Source of the DNA: Acaryochloris marina S15
GTDB lineage: Bacteria > Cyanobacteriota > Cyanobacteriia > Thermosynechococcales > Thermosynechococcaceae
Reading direction: 5' to 3'
NCBI RefSeq assembly: GCF_018336915.1
Contig: NZ_CP064923.1
Coordinates: 4,380,001 to 4,412,000, forward strand
Length of the DNA: 32,000 nt
The notes beneath the pieces were generated by a model that searched no databases, was not told the DNA's origin, and saw only the letters and a program-made list of their open reading frames with translations. Shown here piece by piece: positions 7,536 to 15,477 of the stretch (positions within the stretch are counted from its first letter, which is position 1; each line of letters opens with the position of its first letter). The position numbers and the translations under genes were made by a program.

Positions 7536-8938
7536 TGTTTTCGCAACAGATTAAATTGGATATTGTCTTCGAGGAACAACTCTTTTTCGTCAGCGACTCC
7601 GAACCAGCCGTTGACAATATTCAGGCCAGGGGTTGGTTGACGACCTCTAGTTTGTCCTGGTTCCATGCTGGCCTGCGGCAAACGTTAGCCTTTGATGATG
7701 TAGTCGGCGTCAGGCCCACTGATAAGCAATATCCTCAAGGGCTCGTCGGATTTATTCTATGTGCCTATCCCGCTCCTAGGACTGTACCCCAACGCCGACA
7801 GTTACGGGAATATGAGTTTGTCTGTGCCACAGAGCAGATGCGATCTCAGTGGATTAACGTCATTCGCCAAGCGTTACAGAGCGACCCCATTCAACCCCAG
7901 CAAGCCGTCAAGCCCCGTCACCTCAAAGTCTTAGTCAATCCCAAGGGTGGACGACGACAGGCCAAACAAGTCTTTCAATCAACTCAGGCCATTTTAGAAG
8001 ATGCCCATTGCCAGGTGAGCATTTTGGAAACCCAGGGGGGAGATCGGACCATCCAGGCTGTCCGGGACTTCGACCTATCGACAATAGATGGATTTATTGT
8101 TGTTGGGGGTGATGGCACCGTTTTTGAATTGATCAATGGACTGATGACCCATGCTGATGCGGAGGTTGCGATCGCAAAACCCATCGGCATCATCCCAGCT
8201 GGTACAGGCAACGGTCTAGGAAAGACCATTCTCGACCTATCCCAAGAAACCTACGATCCGAGTAATGCCGCCTTTATCATCGCCAAAGGCAAGTACCAAC
8301 CCATTAACCTGGGTGTCGTCAAACAGGATGGCAAACAGTACTACAGCATCCTCTCCCTCGCCTGGGCCTTGATTAGTGATATCGACATTAAGTCCAATAA
8401 GCTCCGTTTCCTCAAATTCCTCGGGTCCTTGCGCAGTGATGTCTATGCATTTCTCAGCATCTTGGCCCTCCGTAGTTATCAAGGCCGGATTTCCTTTTTG
8501 CCAGCCCCAGACTGGCAGCCTAGCCCTGATGCCCCTCAGCAAACGCCCCTATCCGAGCCGCAGCCAGTAGAAATAGAGAATTCTCCATCCTCAGATTGGC
8601 AAGTTCTCGAAGGAGAATTTATTGCCCTTTGGGTGATGAACGTCGCTTGGGCCACCCATAGCGTTTTGGCAGCTCCTCATGCCCGATTAGCAGATGGCTA
8701 TATGGATGTCTTAATCATTCGTAAAGGAATTACCCGCTGGCGTTTACTGACAGCATTTCTGAAGATTGCCACCGGAGAACATATCCTCATTCCAGAGATG
8801 GAATACTACAAGGTGCGCTGTCTCCACCTAGAACCTCTGAGCTCTGAAGGCTTACTTGCCGTTGACGGAGAACAAATCAATTACCGCTCCGTCGAAATGA
8901 ATGTTTTGGCAAACCATGCTCAAGTTTTTTGCCGTTAA
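7535..8938 (+). CDS. Lipid kinase of the DAGK_cat superfamily with sphingosine/LCB-kinase-type C1-C5 motifs and an N-terminal ~110-aa extension
   Basis: C1 LKVLVNPKGGRRQAKQVF; C2 IVVGGDGTVFELINGL; C3 PIGIIPAGTGNGLGKTI; C4 SLAWALISDIDIKSNKLRFLKFLGSLRSD; ADGYMDVLIIRKGITRWRLLTAFLKIATGEH; C5 LLAVDGEQI. The start is uncertain. The track start at 7535 is a TTG that overlaps the start codon of the divergent gene, the next in-frame TTG is at 7556, and there is no ATG until far downstream. Confidence 0.75.
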   Translation: MFSQQIKLDIVFEEQLFFVSDSEPAVDNIQARGWLTTSSLSWFHAGLRQTLAFDDVVGVRPTDKQYPQGLVGFILCAYPAPRTVPQRRQLREYEFVCATEQMRSQWINVIRQALQSDPIQPQQAVKPRHLKVLVNPKGGRRQAKQVFQSTQAILEDAHCQVSILETQGGDRTIQAVRDFDLSTIDGFIVVGGDGTVFELINGLMTHADAEVAIAKPIGIIPAGTGNGLGKTILDLSQETYDPSNAAFIIAKGKYQPINLGVVKQDGKQYYSILSLAWALISDIDIKSNKLRFLKFLGSLRSDVYAFLSILALRSYQGRISFLPAPDWQPSPDAPQQTPLSEPQPVEIENSPSSDWQVLEGEFIALWVMNVAWATHSVLAAPHARLADGYMDVLIIRKGITRWRLLTAFLKIATGEHILIPEMEYYKVRCLHLEPLSSEGLLAVDGEQINYRSVEMNVLANHAQVFCR

Positions 8939-9045
8939 TCTGAGGGCTAACGAGCCGATGTATACTCTTCCCCAACTGCCCGAGCGGAGCTAGGGCTGAG
9001 AACATCCCTGCATACCGGAGATTCAGCGGAGTCATTATCCTCAAT

Positions 9046-11286
9046 ATGAAGTCTATTACCCTATCGACTGGGGTTTTCGTTGCCATCATGGGTTTGAGTC
9101 TGCCAACCCATGCCGAAACCGCCCCCTTCTCAGATCCACTCCTAACCCCTACTTCATGTGACGAATGCCATCTCAACCCAGCAGGTCTCAAAAGTACCAA
9201 CTTCAGTTTTAGCCAAAGTCCGACAGCCCAGATCAAGCAGACCTCCAGCAGCTTGAATCTATCCAGTTCAAGCCAGAGCACTCGCCAAGTTAGTTTTCAA
9301 TCGACTGCTGCTCAACCGGAAAATCTTGATCCAGCTAGTCCTTCAAATGCGAGTTCAGACACTACAGCCACCGGAACACTATCCTCACCTCCTCCCCATG
9401 CAAAACAATCATTGCCGCCTCATCCAACGACCTTATTTCCACAGCAGGCACTCATCTCTCAGGCCACAACTCACCAGGATGTCACCCCTCCTCTCCCCAT
9501 CTCCACTCGTGCAGCAGATCTAGCCCAGGTCGATTCAGTTCCTCCAGCCGTAGCTGAAACCGAAAGTAACACTGAAGATAGCGAAGAAACGCCAGCGCCT
9601 CGTTTTAGCCCCTTAGCTAACCAACAATTTCAGCAACCCACCGCGATTCACCTTCCCAAAGGGGCAGTGGCCCTTAGCCTTTATAATCGACTCTTCTTTT
9701 TACCTGGTACTGAAGCCGCTAGCGGTACAGCAGCCTACCCCAACTTTGGAGTCACTTGGGGTGTCACCGATAGTACAGAGCTGGATTTAACCCTGCAGGT
9801 CGTTGATACGGGCACTCCAGACCGCCTGGGTCCCTTTGGTGTAGTCAGACGGGTCAACAACCGAGATTTAACGGTATCCGTCAAACAACGCCTGTGGGAT
9901 AACCCTGACAATACTTTGGCCTTCAGCGGTTCCTTTTCATTGGCAGTGCCCCTGACCAAACGCACCTTTGAATTTAATCCAGGAAGGATTGAGCAAGAGA
10001 ATAAAAGCTTAATTCCAGCACTCCAGTTTCCTTTTACTGCCACCGTTAACGAGCGTTGGCAATTTACCCTTTCACCCACCATTGCCTTCTTCCCCGATAG
10101 CAATGCCGTCTTTATCCCCCGTCCACCCCTCGCAAATCCAGGTTCCTTTGGCACAACCTTGGGGTTAAGTGGGGCAATTTCCTATCAAGTCCACCCTCGG
10201 ATCACCCTCTGGGGTGATGCGTTTGTGCCCTTTACCGGCAACAACAGTTTTAATCGGGATACAGGTCTACCCGCCAAATCTATTGCTTACAATGCGGGGC
10301 TACGGTATTTCCTCAATCCCAGCTTGGGGCTTGATATCTTTGCTACCAATACCTTTGGCAGCAAAGGGCCATTGGCCCTGACTGCCGATCGGGACTTAAC
10401 GGCTTTGGGGTTGAGAGTCATTTCTTTACCCAGCCTCTTTGCCTCCAACCGCCGGATTGCCGATAGCTTCAATCGTGAGCAGGATGGCCAAGATTCACCC
10501 AACACAACCGATGGCCTGGCCTTTTTTGATGGCGGGACGGTGCCCAGTCAGCGTTTTCTCTTCCATTTACAAGGCGGTGGTCAAGGAATTCAGACGGCCC
10601 TACGTTATGGGATCGTCAAAGACTTAGAACTCTTTGCCTATTTGGATTACATCTCTGGTGAGGTGGACGAATCAGAGCAAGGCTTTGGTGTAAAACTACG
10701 ATTGCTTAACCAGGAAGAAGCAGCGCCTTTCACAGCCAGTGCCGCAGTAACAGTGGGACTCACCAACAATATCTTCGACAACTTTGACAACAACAACCGT
10801 AACGGTCAATTCCGACTAGGGGCCCCCAAAGACTTCCCTCTGATCTTTCAGACCGACAGTCCCGAAGGCAGGCGCTTTGTGGTGACCCTATCCTTACCCT
10901 TGCATTACAAAGTTAATGATCAACTAGCCTTTTGGTTTACCCCCACGGCAGGATTTGTCCAGCGAGATGGTCTAGAGCTGGGAGGCTTTAACGTAGGCGG
11001 CTCCGTTGAGGTCATTCAAGACTTCAGCCTGGTTGGCGAATTGGGAGCAAATTTCTTGGGTGAGGGTAATGCCTTTATCGGCAATACCCTAGCCGATCGC
11101 ATCCCCTGGTCCGTGGCCGTGCGCTGGAATCCCAGAAAAATCATAGGGGGTGATGAATCGGGCAAGAACCAACCCAATGTTGAATTCTTTGTCACCAATC
11201 GTGTGGGCTCATCTACCTGGCATCAGCTCAGAGTCCGTGATCAAAATGAAATCACAGTTGGTGCAGGCATTTCTATTCCTTTTTAA
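9046..11286 (+). CDS. Putative outer-membrane protein: signal peptide, ~170-aa S/T/P-rich low-complexity region, then two tandem beta-barrel-like modules
   Basis: ATG start. N-terminus MKSITLSTGVFVAIMGLSLPTHA-ET looks like a Sec signal peptide. The rest shows alternating hydrophobic beta-strand patterning, and the C-terminus GAGISIPF ends in Phe, the typical OMP terminal signature. The first module ends similarly (LGLRVISLPSLF). I recognise no named family. Confidence 0.55.
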   Translation: MKSITLSTGVFVAIMGLSLPTHAETAPFSDPLLTPTSCDECHLNPAGLKSTNFSFSQSPTAQIKQTSSSLNLSSSSQSTRQVSFQSTAAQPENLDPASPSNASSDTTATGTLSSPPPHAKQSLPPHPTTLFPQQALISQATTHQDVTPPLPISTRAADLAQVDSVPPAVAETESNTEDSEETPAPRFSPLANQQFQQPTAIHLPKGAVALSLYNRLFFLPGTEAASGTAAYPNFGVTWGVTDSTELDLTLQVVDTGTPDRLGPFGVVRRVNNRDLTVSVKQRLWDNPDNTLAFSGSFSLAVPLTKRTFEFNPGRIEQENKSLIPALQFPFTATVNERWQFTLSPTIAFFPDSNAVFIPRPPLANPGSFGTTLGLSGAISYQVHPRITLWGDAFVPFTGNNSFNRDTGLPAKSIAYNAGLRYFLNPSLGLDIFATNTFGSKGPLALTADRDLTALGLRVISLPSLFASNRRIADSFNREQDGQDSPNTTDGLAFFDGGTVPSQRFLFHLQGGGQGIQTALRYGIVKDLELFAYLDYISGEVDESEQGFGVKLRLLNQEEAAPFTASAAVTVGLTNNIFDNFDNNNRNGQFRLGAPKDFPLIFQTDSPEGRRFVVTLSLPLHYKVNDQLAFWFTPTAGFVQRDGLELGGFNVGGSVEVIQDFSLVGELGANFLGEGNAFIGNTLADRIPWSVAVRWNPRKIIGGDESGKNQPNVEFFVTNRVGSSTWHQLRVRDQNEITVGAGISIPF

Positions 11287-11382
11287 GGGGTTAATGCCAG
11301 GTTCTTGACCATAGCGGTGATTTTGATTTTTCGTCTATAGGCATGTTAGGGTCGCTGTTGCCTGAGTTTACGGGAAATAGCT

Positions 11383-12033
11383 ATGCCCAACCCTTCCACA
11401 CCTGTTCAGGATTCTGCCGAAATTCATGACGAGACACCTATCACAGTCCCCCTGTCTCCGCTAGATAGAATGGTGCAGTTTTTCACGATTAAGCTAGCCA
11501 GATCTTTAGCTCGCTTTACCTGGATTACCCCCAATCGAGTCACCTGGGTATCTGCAGGGATTGGTGGTCCCCTCACAGGATGGCTGATTATTCAGGAGCA
11601 GCTTTGGCTCGCAACTGCATTAGTGGTGGTGAGTGGTCTTATGGATGGATTGGATGGGGACATTGCCCGGGAGCGCAATCTCACCTCAATCGAAGGCGGT
11701 ATTTTAGACAGCGTTTTAGATCGCTACGTCGATTTTTTCCTGATTGCAGCGCTAATTTTGGTGAACCCCACTGAATATTTACTGGTGGGATTATTCGCCC
11801 TGCTGGGGACCACCATGGTTCCCTACATTCGGGCCAGAAGTGAGGTCGCAGGCAAAAGTTCTATTGCCAGTATTGGGAGCCGAGCGACTCGAATCGTATT
11901 GATTATTTTGGGATTGCTCACCCAACAGCTCTTTATTTTGCTAATTGCATTAGCCGTTATTTCCAATATTGCCGCAGTTCACCGCTTTTGGTTCTCGCTT
12001 ATCCCCGTCAAGGACCAGCCAACTCCTTCTTAA
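11383..12033 (+). CDS. CDP-alcohol phosphatidyltransferase family protein (AIPS/DIPPS-like small membrane enzyme), substrate unknown
   Basis: Complete family motif DGx2ARx8Gx3Dx3D is present in MDGLDGDIARERNLTSIEGGILDSVLDRYVD. ITPNRVT lies upstream. 216 aa with multiple TM segments and an ATG start. Confidence 0.85.
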   Translation: MPNPSTPVQDSAEIHDETPITVPLSPLDRMVQFFTIKLARSLARFTWITPNRVTWVSAGIGGPLTGWLIIQEQLWLATALVVVSGLMDGLDGDIARERNLTSIEGGILDSVLDRYVDFFLIAALILVNPTEYLLVGLFALLGTTMVPYIRARSEVAGKSSIASIGSRATRIVLIILGLLTQQLFILLIALAVISNIAAVHRFWFSLIPVKDQPTPS

Positions 12034-12125
12034 ACTGCCTGTTCTTAAGAGATACAAACTCGCTATAGTGATTACCTAATGCATGCTTTGCTTCCATGCT
12101 GTCAGGTAGTCAGAAGGCAGACCCA

Positions 12126-13001
12126 ATGGCGAATACAGAAATACGAGAACGCTTACCGGAATGGCTACGCCGCCCAATTGGCAAGGCAAGTGAGCTGTCC
12201 ACCGTGCAGCAAATTGTCAAACGCCATAATATCCACACCATTTGTGAAGAGGGCCGATGTCCCAATCGGGGCGAATGCTATGCCCAAAAGACAGCCACAT
12301 TTTTATTAATGGGGCCAGTCTGTACCAGAGCCTGTTCGTTTTGCCAGGTTGATAAGGGACATGCGCCCCAACCCTTAGATGAGCAAGAACCACAAAAGGT
12401 TGCTGATTCTGTGCAGCTACTAGGGCTGAAGTATGTGGTGCTGACCTCCGTTGCCAGAGATGATTTGCCAGATCAAGGGGCAGGATGGTTCGCCGCGACC
12501 ATGGCGGCAATTCGGGCAGTTAGCCCCAATACCGATATTGAAGTTTTAACCCCTGATTTTCGGGGCGATCGCAATCTGATCGCCACCGTCGTTGACGCCC
12601 ACCCCGTTTGCTATAACCACAATCTGGAAACGGTTCGGCGTCTCCAAGGGCCCGTGCGACGAGGGGCAAAATATGAGCGATCGCTAAAGGTTCTGGCCAC
12701 CGTTAAGGAACTTGCACCTAAAAATGATGTCATACCTATTATTGCCACCAAATCAGGTCTGATGCTGGGATTGGGCGAAACAGAAGCTGAAATCATTGAA
12801 ACAATGGAAGACTTAAGGGCAGTGGGATGCGATCGCATCACTCTGGGCCAATATATGCGCCCGTCCCTCAACCATCTCCCGGTCCAGAAATACTGGCACC
12901 CCGAGGAGTTTGATCGCCTAGATGAGATTGCTCGCTCTCTCGGGTTTAGTCACGTTCGTTCTGGTCCTTTAGTCAGAAGTTCATATCATGCTGGAGAGTA
13001 A
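12126..13001 (+). CDS. lipA: Lipoyl synthase
   Basis: Auxiliary cluster motif [12 protein letters not shown] (Cx4Cx5C) and radical SAM motif CTRACSFC. C-terminal RSSYHA. I prefer the ATG at 12126 ([17 protein letters not shown]) over the ATG at 12096 used by the ORF track, but either is possible. Confidence 0.9.
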   Translation: MANTEIRERLPEWLRRPIGKASELSTVQQIVKRHNIHTICEEGRCPNRGECYAQKTATFLLMGPVCTRACSFCQVDKGHAPQPLDEQEPQKVADSVQLLGLKYVVLTSVARDDLPDQGAGWFAATMAAIRAVSPNTDIEVLTPDFRGDRNLIATVVDAHPVCYNHNLETVRRLQGPVRRGAKYERSLKVLATVKELAPKNDVIPIIATKSGLMLGLGETEAEIIETMEDLRAVGCDRITLGQYMRPSLNHLPVQKYWHPEEFDRLDEIARSLGFSHVRSGPLVRSSYHAGE

Positions 13002-13213
13002 GACCTTGAACTTCACAAAAACTTCATACTAGATCTTGATTACTAGCCTAGTAAATATTCACCACTTCAGACCTAATCATGCTTCCACAGATAGGTTAAA
13101 CATTATTTGCTAAATAGAGGGAAATTGAGTCTAACCATGCTTTCACCTTTTAAAAAGCAAGATTACAATTCTGGGCTCATCAAAATAGTGCTGCGAATTA
13201 AATCAGGTGTGCA

Positions 13214-13750
13214 ATGTTGAAAAAATATCATCCTGGCCAAAGACGCTTTAAAACCCTCTGGTGTGGATTGGTACTGAGTACAACGTTCTTCATCAGCAGT
13301 TGTGCCCCAACGCAAGACAAACCTCAAATTCCCTTTAAATCAGTTACAACCCTTGGAAGACTATCTGTCGGTACAACCTTACCTGCCAGAAGCGCCATGA
13401 TTGCCCATCAAAACGGTCGGAATAAACTGGGGAACCGTAAATTTCTAGTTCATCTCTTACATTCAGAACTGCCACCCGTCTGCACCAATGATGAATGTGG
13501 TGTTTTTGGTCCCATTGCAAATATCAAAGGGGCAGATCTCTATGGAGGAGGCGACTTGAAGTTAGCTGATCAGTTCTACGGTATTTTCTCCACTGAGAAC
13601 GAAGCCTTTCGGCAAGAATCACAAAATTATGGGGTTTTGATTATTTCAGATCAACAAGCCAAAATTCGGGCTATTTACCAACATGTAGACCTACCGGATG
13701 TAGAAACTATCCTGCAAGACTCGGAGGCTATTTTCGCCCAGGCTGACTGA
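13214..13750 (+). CDS. Hypothetical lipoprotein, possibly thioredoxin-fold (TlpA/peroxiredoxin-like)
   Basis: Lipobox-like FFISSC after a basic-hydrophobic leader. Internal FLVHLLHSELPPVCTNDECG (Cx4C) and a late VLIISDQQAKIRAIY strand resemble redoxin-fold proteins. The assignment is weak. Confidence 0.45.
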   Translation: MLKKYHPGQRRFKTLWCGLVLSTTFFISSCAPTQDKPQIPFKSVTTLGRLSVGTTLPARSAMIAHQNGRNKLGNRKFLVHLLHSELPPVCTNDECGVFGPIANIKGADLYGGGDLKLADQFYGIFSTENEAFRQESQNYGVLIISDQQAKIRAIYQHVDLPDVETILQDSEAIFAQAD

Positions 13751-13808
13751 ATTTCAGATCATGAGATAGGATCACGGAGTATTCTTTCTCGACATTGATC
13801 TACTCTGC

Positions 13809-15131
13809 ATGGCCAATCAGCCCTCCGTCGCCGTTGCTCATCTCGGCTGTGAAAAAAATCGCGTTGACACTGAACATATGTTGGGGCTGCTGGTAGAAGC
13901 TGGCTATCCCGTCGATAGCGACGAAGCCTTTGCCGATTACGTGATCGTCAACACCTGTAGCTTTATTCAGGCCGCTAGGGAAGAATCTGTACGCACCCTG
14001 GTTGAACTCGCTGAAGCCAACAAAAAAATTGTAATTACGGGCTGCATGGCTCAGCATTTCCAAGAGGAATTGCTCGAAGAGCTTCCCGAAGCTGTTGCTC
14101 TGGTAGGCACTGGCGACTACCACAAAATCGTGGATGTGATTCAGCGGGCCGAAGCGGGAGAGCGTGTCAAAGAAGTCTCTCCTGAACCAACCTATATTGC
14201 AGACGAAACCGTCCCTCGGTATCGCACGACAACTGAAGGGACTGCCTATGTGCGCATCGCCGAAGGCTGTGACTATGGCTGTGCCTTTTGCATCATTCCC
14301 CATTTGCGGGGCAAACAGCGTTCACGCTCCATTGAGTCCATCGTGGCTGAAGCCCAACAGTTGGCAGCCGAAGGCGTGAAAGAGCTGATTTTAATTTCCC
14401 AAATTACCACCAACTATGGCATCGATATCTACGGTAAACCCCAGCTCGCCCAGCTCCTCAGAGCCCTAGGTGAAGTGGATGTGCCTTGGATTCGCATGCA
14501 TTACGCCTATCCCACGGGCCTAACCCCAGAGGTGATGGCGGCGATTCAAGACACCGATAACGTTTTGCCTTATCTGGACTTGCCCCTACAACATTCCCAT
14601 CCGGAAGTATTGCGAGCCATGAATCGTCCTTGGCAGGGTCAAGTCAACGATCAGATTATTGAGAAGATCAAATCCACCTTGCCTGATGCTGTTCTCCGCA
14701 CCACATTTATCGTGGGATTTCCAGGAGAAACAGATGCCCACTTTGAGCATCTCTGTGAGTTTGTTCAACGCCATGAATTTGATCATGTAGGCGTGTTTAC
14801 CTTCTCGCAAGAAGAAGGCACCCCCGCTTTTGACTTACCCAATCAGCTGCCCCAAGAGGTGATGGATACGCGACGCGATCGCTTAATGGCATTGCAACAA
14901 CCCATCTCCTGGCAACAAAACCAGCAAGAAGTGGGTAAAACCGTACCCATCTTAATTGAGCAAGAACATGCTGGCTCGGGTCAACTCATTGGTCGTTCCG
15001 CTCGCTTTTCCGCTGATGTAGATGGCCTCGTCTATATCAATCCAGGTGATAATCCCCCTCGCCTAGGAACCTTAACGACTGTCCACATCACCGATGCAGA
15101 TGCCTATGACTTACATGGACAGATCATTTGA
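13809..15131 (+). CDS. rimO: Ribosomal protein S12 methylthiotransferase (MiaB-family radical SAM with TRAM domain)
   Basis: N-terminal MTTase cysteines (HLGCEKN, NTCSF, TGCMAQ), radical SAM motif [10 protein letters not shown], and a C-terminal TRAM-like region. The N-terminus is RimO-like ([16 protein letters not shown]). The synteny with a downstream crhR-like helicase matches Synechocystis. Confidence 0.85.
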   Translation: MANQPSVAVAHLGCEKNRVDTEHMLGLLVEAGYPVDSDEAFADYVIVNTCSFIQAAREESVRTLVELAEANKKIVITGCMAQHFQEELLEELPEAVALVGTGDYHKIVDVIQRAEAGERVKEVSPEPTYIADETVPRYRTTTEGTAYVRIAEGCDYGCAFCIIPHLRGKQRSRSIESIVAEAQQLAAEGVKELILISQITTNYGIDIYGKPQLAQLLRALGEVDVPWIRMHYAYPTGLTPEVMAAIQDTDNVLPYLDLPLQHSHPEVLRAMNRPWQGQVNDQIIEKIKSTLPDAVLRTTFIVGFPGETDAHFEHLCEFVQRHEFDHVGVFTFSQEEGTPAFDLPNQLPQEVMDTRRDRLMALQQPISWQQNQQEVGKTVPILIEQEHAGSGQLIGRSARFSADVDGLVYINPGDNPPRLGTLTTVHITDADAYDLHGQII

Positions 15132-15163
15132 ACGAGCTGTAATCAAGATTTGAGTGTTTATCG

Positions 15164-15202
15164 ATGACATTTGGCTAGGTATTCAGTCCAACCAAATGTC
15201 AT
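15164..15202 (+). promoter_or_regulatory. Perfect 11-bp-stem hairpin in the rimO-helicase spacer (ATGACATTTGG, 17-nt loop, CCAAATGTCAT), followed by a TATAAT hexamer at 15215-15220
   Basis: Read directly from the sequence. There is no T-tract after the stem, so it is not a classical terminator. It may be a processing or stability element, or lie next to an internal promoter. Confidence 0.4.
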
Positions 15203-15477
15203 GATTACTTGACTTATAATGCTTTTTGTTACACTTTGTTGCAGAATAGAAACAATAGGGCGATCATAGTCCTGTTTAGTATCGCCAACTTATATCCGTT
15301 GGCACCCTACTGCCCTCTCTTGTTCAACCACTCCACCTGAGTGGTGTTAGACCGCTTAACTTCATACTTTTTAACGAGCAGACACTGATAGTCATGATTC
15401 AGATGCTGTGGTGATTGCTCGGTAGACGTTTATCTGCACGAGCGGCAGTAGCCTGTATTAACCCTCTAGGAGAGTTC

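Noticed and set aside
12096-12125. Upstream ATG start ([10 protein letters not shown]...) for lipA given by the ORF track, and the overlapping ORF 12079-12309
   Set aside because: The ATG at 12126 gives a LipA-like N-terminus. The 12079 ORF is out of frame with the conserved LipA motifs and is spurious.
13800-14303. 167-aa minus-strand ORF overlapping rimO, and similar long antisense ORFs at 1114-1602, 9735-10154, 12217-12510, 22456-22731 and 27236-27523
   Set aside because: All lie fully inside strongly supported genes on the other strand, have no motifs and show biased composition. They are typical shadow ORFs.
15209-15220. TTGACT immediately adjacent to TATAAT in the rimO-crhR spacer, looking like a consensus promoter
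   Set aside because: The two hexamers abut with 0-nt spacing, so they cannot serve as a -35/-10 pair. Only the TATAAT is retained as a possible -10 element.
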